Shown here: piece by piece, positions 61,832 to 64,000 of the stretch
How positions within the stretch are numbered: the stretch's first letter is position 1
How the letters are laid out: each line of letters opens with the position of its first letter
NCBI RefSeq assembly: GCF_009914755.1
Contig: NC_060943.1
Origin: the human T2T-CHM13v2.0 reference genome, Homo sapiens
Length of the DNA stretch: 64,000 nucleotides
Reading direction: 5' to 3' (one strand)
Position numbers and translations under genes: made by a program
The notes under the pieces: model-generated
The model's input: the letters and a program-made list of their open reading frames with translations, nothing else
Database searches by the model: none
What the model was told of the DNA's origin: nothing

Positions 61832-64000
61832 GTCAGCATCCTGCTCTCCTCCCCGGGCAGGTGCAGGGGCTCAGGTGGGAGGACAGGAGCCCGTGTTGTG
61901 CACCCTGCCTGGGATGGCATCCCGGTTCTCAAGAGGAACTGGAGAAGAGTAAAATCTCTCTTTTTGTTTAATGAAGGCAACGAATATAAGGCTAAGAAGT
62001 TTGGAGCCTTGTGGTTAAAATCTGTTTTTGAGTGAGTGGTGCGTACGTAAGATTCATGTGCTGAGGAGGCCTGAGAGGGCCCACGGTGCCCATCTCTTCT
62101 GTGTGCCCAGACACCCAGTTCCTTTCCTCACAGCAGCCAAGTTTCCGCTCTGGGCCCCATCTATGAATGCCTCTCAGGCAGGTGTGTGCTCCCCGTGGCA
62201 CAGGCGATGCCACGCTGGGGATGAACGCTGTCGTGCCTGTGAGCAGGACTCAGCAACTGGGTTTTCAGTTTGCTGCTCTTGGGGTCCAGGGGCCTTGGCA
62301 TCCCCACCTTTGGTCTTTGGTTACTGTGTTCCTCGTGTTACGGCAAAGTGGCCAAGGACATGGGCTGGGGCCGGGTTATACTCCCAGTGGCGGGATCTCA
62401 GGCTCGTCCCTGAATCTCCCTCTGTGAGGGCCCATGGAGCCGATTCACGTCTGACTTGGGGCAGGGGCTGGTGAGTGTTAGACTCCTGCTGTTGCGGTCC
62501 CGTCGGCAAGCATCTGCAGAAGGCCCGCTCTGGGTGTCTTGGTGCACCAGACCAACAAGGCCCCACCCTCATGCGCTTAGACCTGGGCCTGCTCTGGCGG
62601 AGGTCCCTGTCCTTGCTGATCTTTGAGACTTCTGCCTAGGTGAGGGTGGTTCCCTCCACTCACAGATGAGGAGGCTGAGGCCTGGAGCGTTGCAGCACTT
62701 ACACATGGGAGCAGGGGTTGAGGCTCGTTTCCTGTGACTCGTTTTCATACCCATCCCGACACACCAGGATTGGGTTGAGTCATAGATTGAATCAGTTATT
62801 GGTCATTTATTGTGAAGGGCTGGGTGGCGTTTGTTTAGTTGAGAATCTTGGAAAACCCTGGAGGTGCAGGTGAGCCTCTCTGGAGGCAACGAGGAGGGAT
62901 GGGGCTGGAGGGGTGGGTGTGCAGAGGGGATGAATCCAGAGGGGCCCCAGACGCACATCCTTCCTGGTCAGTGGCTGGGGTGATGCTGCTGGGGGCAGAC
63001 ACAGAGTGGCCTGTGGGCAGGGCTGGCAGGTGCCAAGGCCTGAGAGTCTGCTGGGGAGCATGTGGTGCTGGCAGCCAGGGTGGACGGCAGGACAGGGCAG
63101 TGCAGGAGAGGGGACGAGGCCTCCAGTGCCAGGCGGGGCTTGGGCTGCTTTACTGAGGTGTAATTTGCACACAGTGAAACCCAGCCTTTCGAGATAGAGT
63201 TCTCTGGATTCTGACAGATGCACATATTTCATAACTGTCATCACAGTCAAGGCATAGAAGGTTTTTGTCACCCCCAAGACCTCCCCTATGGTTTTTGCAG
63301 CCCCTCTGGGACTCTCCCCAGGCCTGGCTGTTCCTGCTGTATCCGCCATCCCTGCAGCATCTCTTGATTCTTGGGACTCTCCTTTCTATGATCCCCACAG
63401 CAGAGCCTGTAGGATCCCCAGCCCATGTGGCTGAGGACACGGGGTTCCCGCTCCACCCTGAACCACTGGTTCCTCATGCTGGGGTGGGGTTCAGCCTCAG
63501 TTCCCCGGGGGAGGGTTGATGGCGTCTGGAAACCTGCTTTGGTTGCTGCTTGTGCTGCCTGCTGGACACTGTCCTGAGAGCAGCTTTGTGAGGTCAGCAC
63601 GTGTCACTGTTGTCCCTGCTGCGGCATGCGCCGATAGCTGAGCATAGGCACAGGGCAGGGGTCCAGGAGGGGGTCCCTGGGTCCACGTCTAGCCAGCGCC
63701 TCCCTTCCTGGCTGACCACTTCTATCCCGCAGTCCCCTTCTGGAAGTACGGGTGATGAGGACAACCCCACAGGCCCAGAGGCCCTGAGCCACTGTGAAGC
63801 TGCTACACCCCCTTTGGCCCTCTCCGGAGCCCTCTGTGCTGACCTGTTCTGGCATGAGGGCGAGTCCTCTTGCTTCTCACCATCCCTTCGCCACATGGTC
63901 TCATCTTGTCACTTCAGCCCCAGGTGGTGGGTTGTGCAGGAGCAGTCTTTCCACTTTGATGGATGGGGAAACTGAGGCCCAGAGACGGGGGAGGTGGCCT

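Overview
Primate (very likely human) genomic DNA matching the gene-dense chr19q13.42 cluster. Order: ZNF784 (minus strand, 2 coding exons, 323 aa); an Alu/L1/LTR-saturated intergenic block (about 7-21.9 kb); ZNF580 (172 aa); ZNF581 (197 aa); CCDC106 (5 coding exons, 280 aa); U2AF2 (12 coding exons, 475/471 aa); and the 5' part of EPN1 (all plus strand). For the complete genes I placed the exon boundaries by hand, and they add up to full open frames. Main observations beyond the standard annotation: (1) a decayed third ZNF580-like unit at 22.0-22.7 kb with an intact acceptor, a 210-codon open frame and a ~75-bp degenerate repeat; (2) a candidate stop-codon 'poison' exon in U2AF2 intron 5; (3) a 1.2-kb AG-free VNTR in U2AF2 intron 11, followed by a candidate in-frame 102-nt cassette exon that would split the UHM domain; (4) a ~168-bp inverted copy of ZNF784 upstream DNA inserted inside an Alu, with a gene-conversion-like perfect tract; (5) about 14 co-oriented CGGAA-N3-GCCGAAG-like modules in the U2AF2 promoter; (6) convergent and divergent CTCF-like motifs bracketing the ZNF580-CCDC106 block. 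Repeat boundaries and subfamilies are visual estimates. Gene names rest on recognising the protein sequences. No database search was run.
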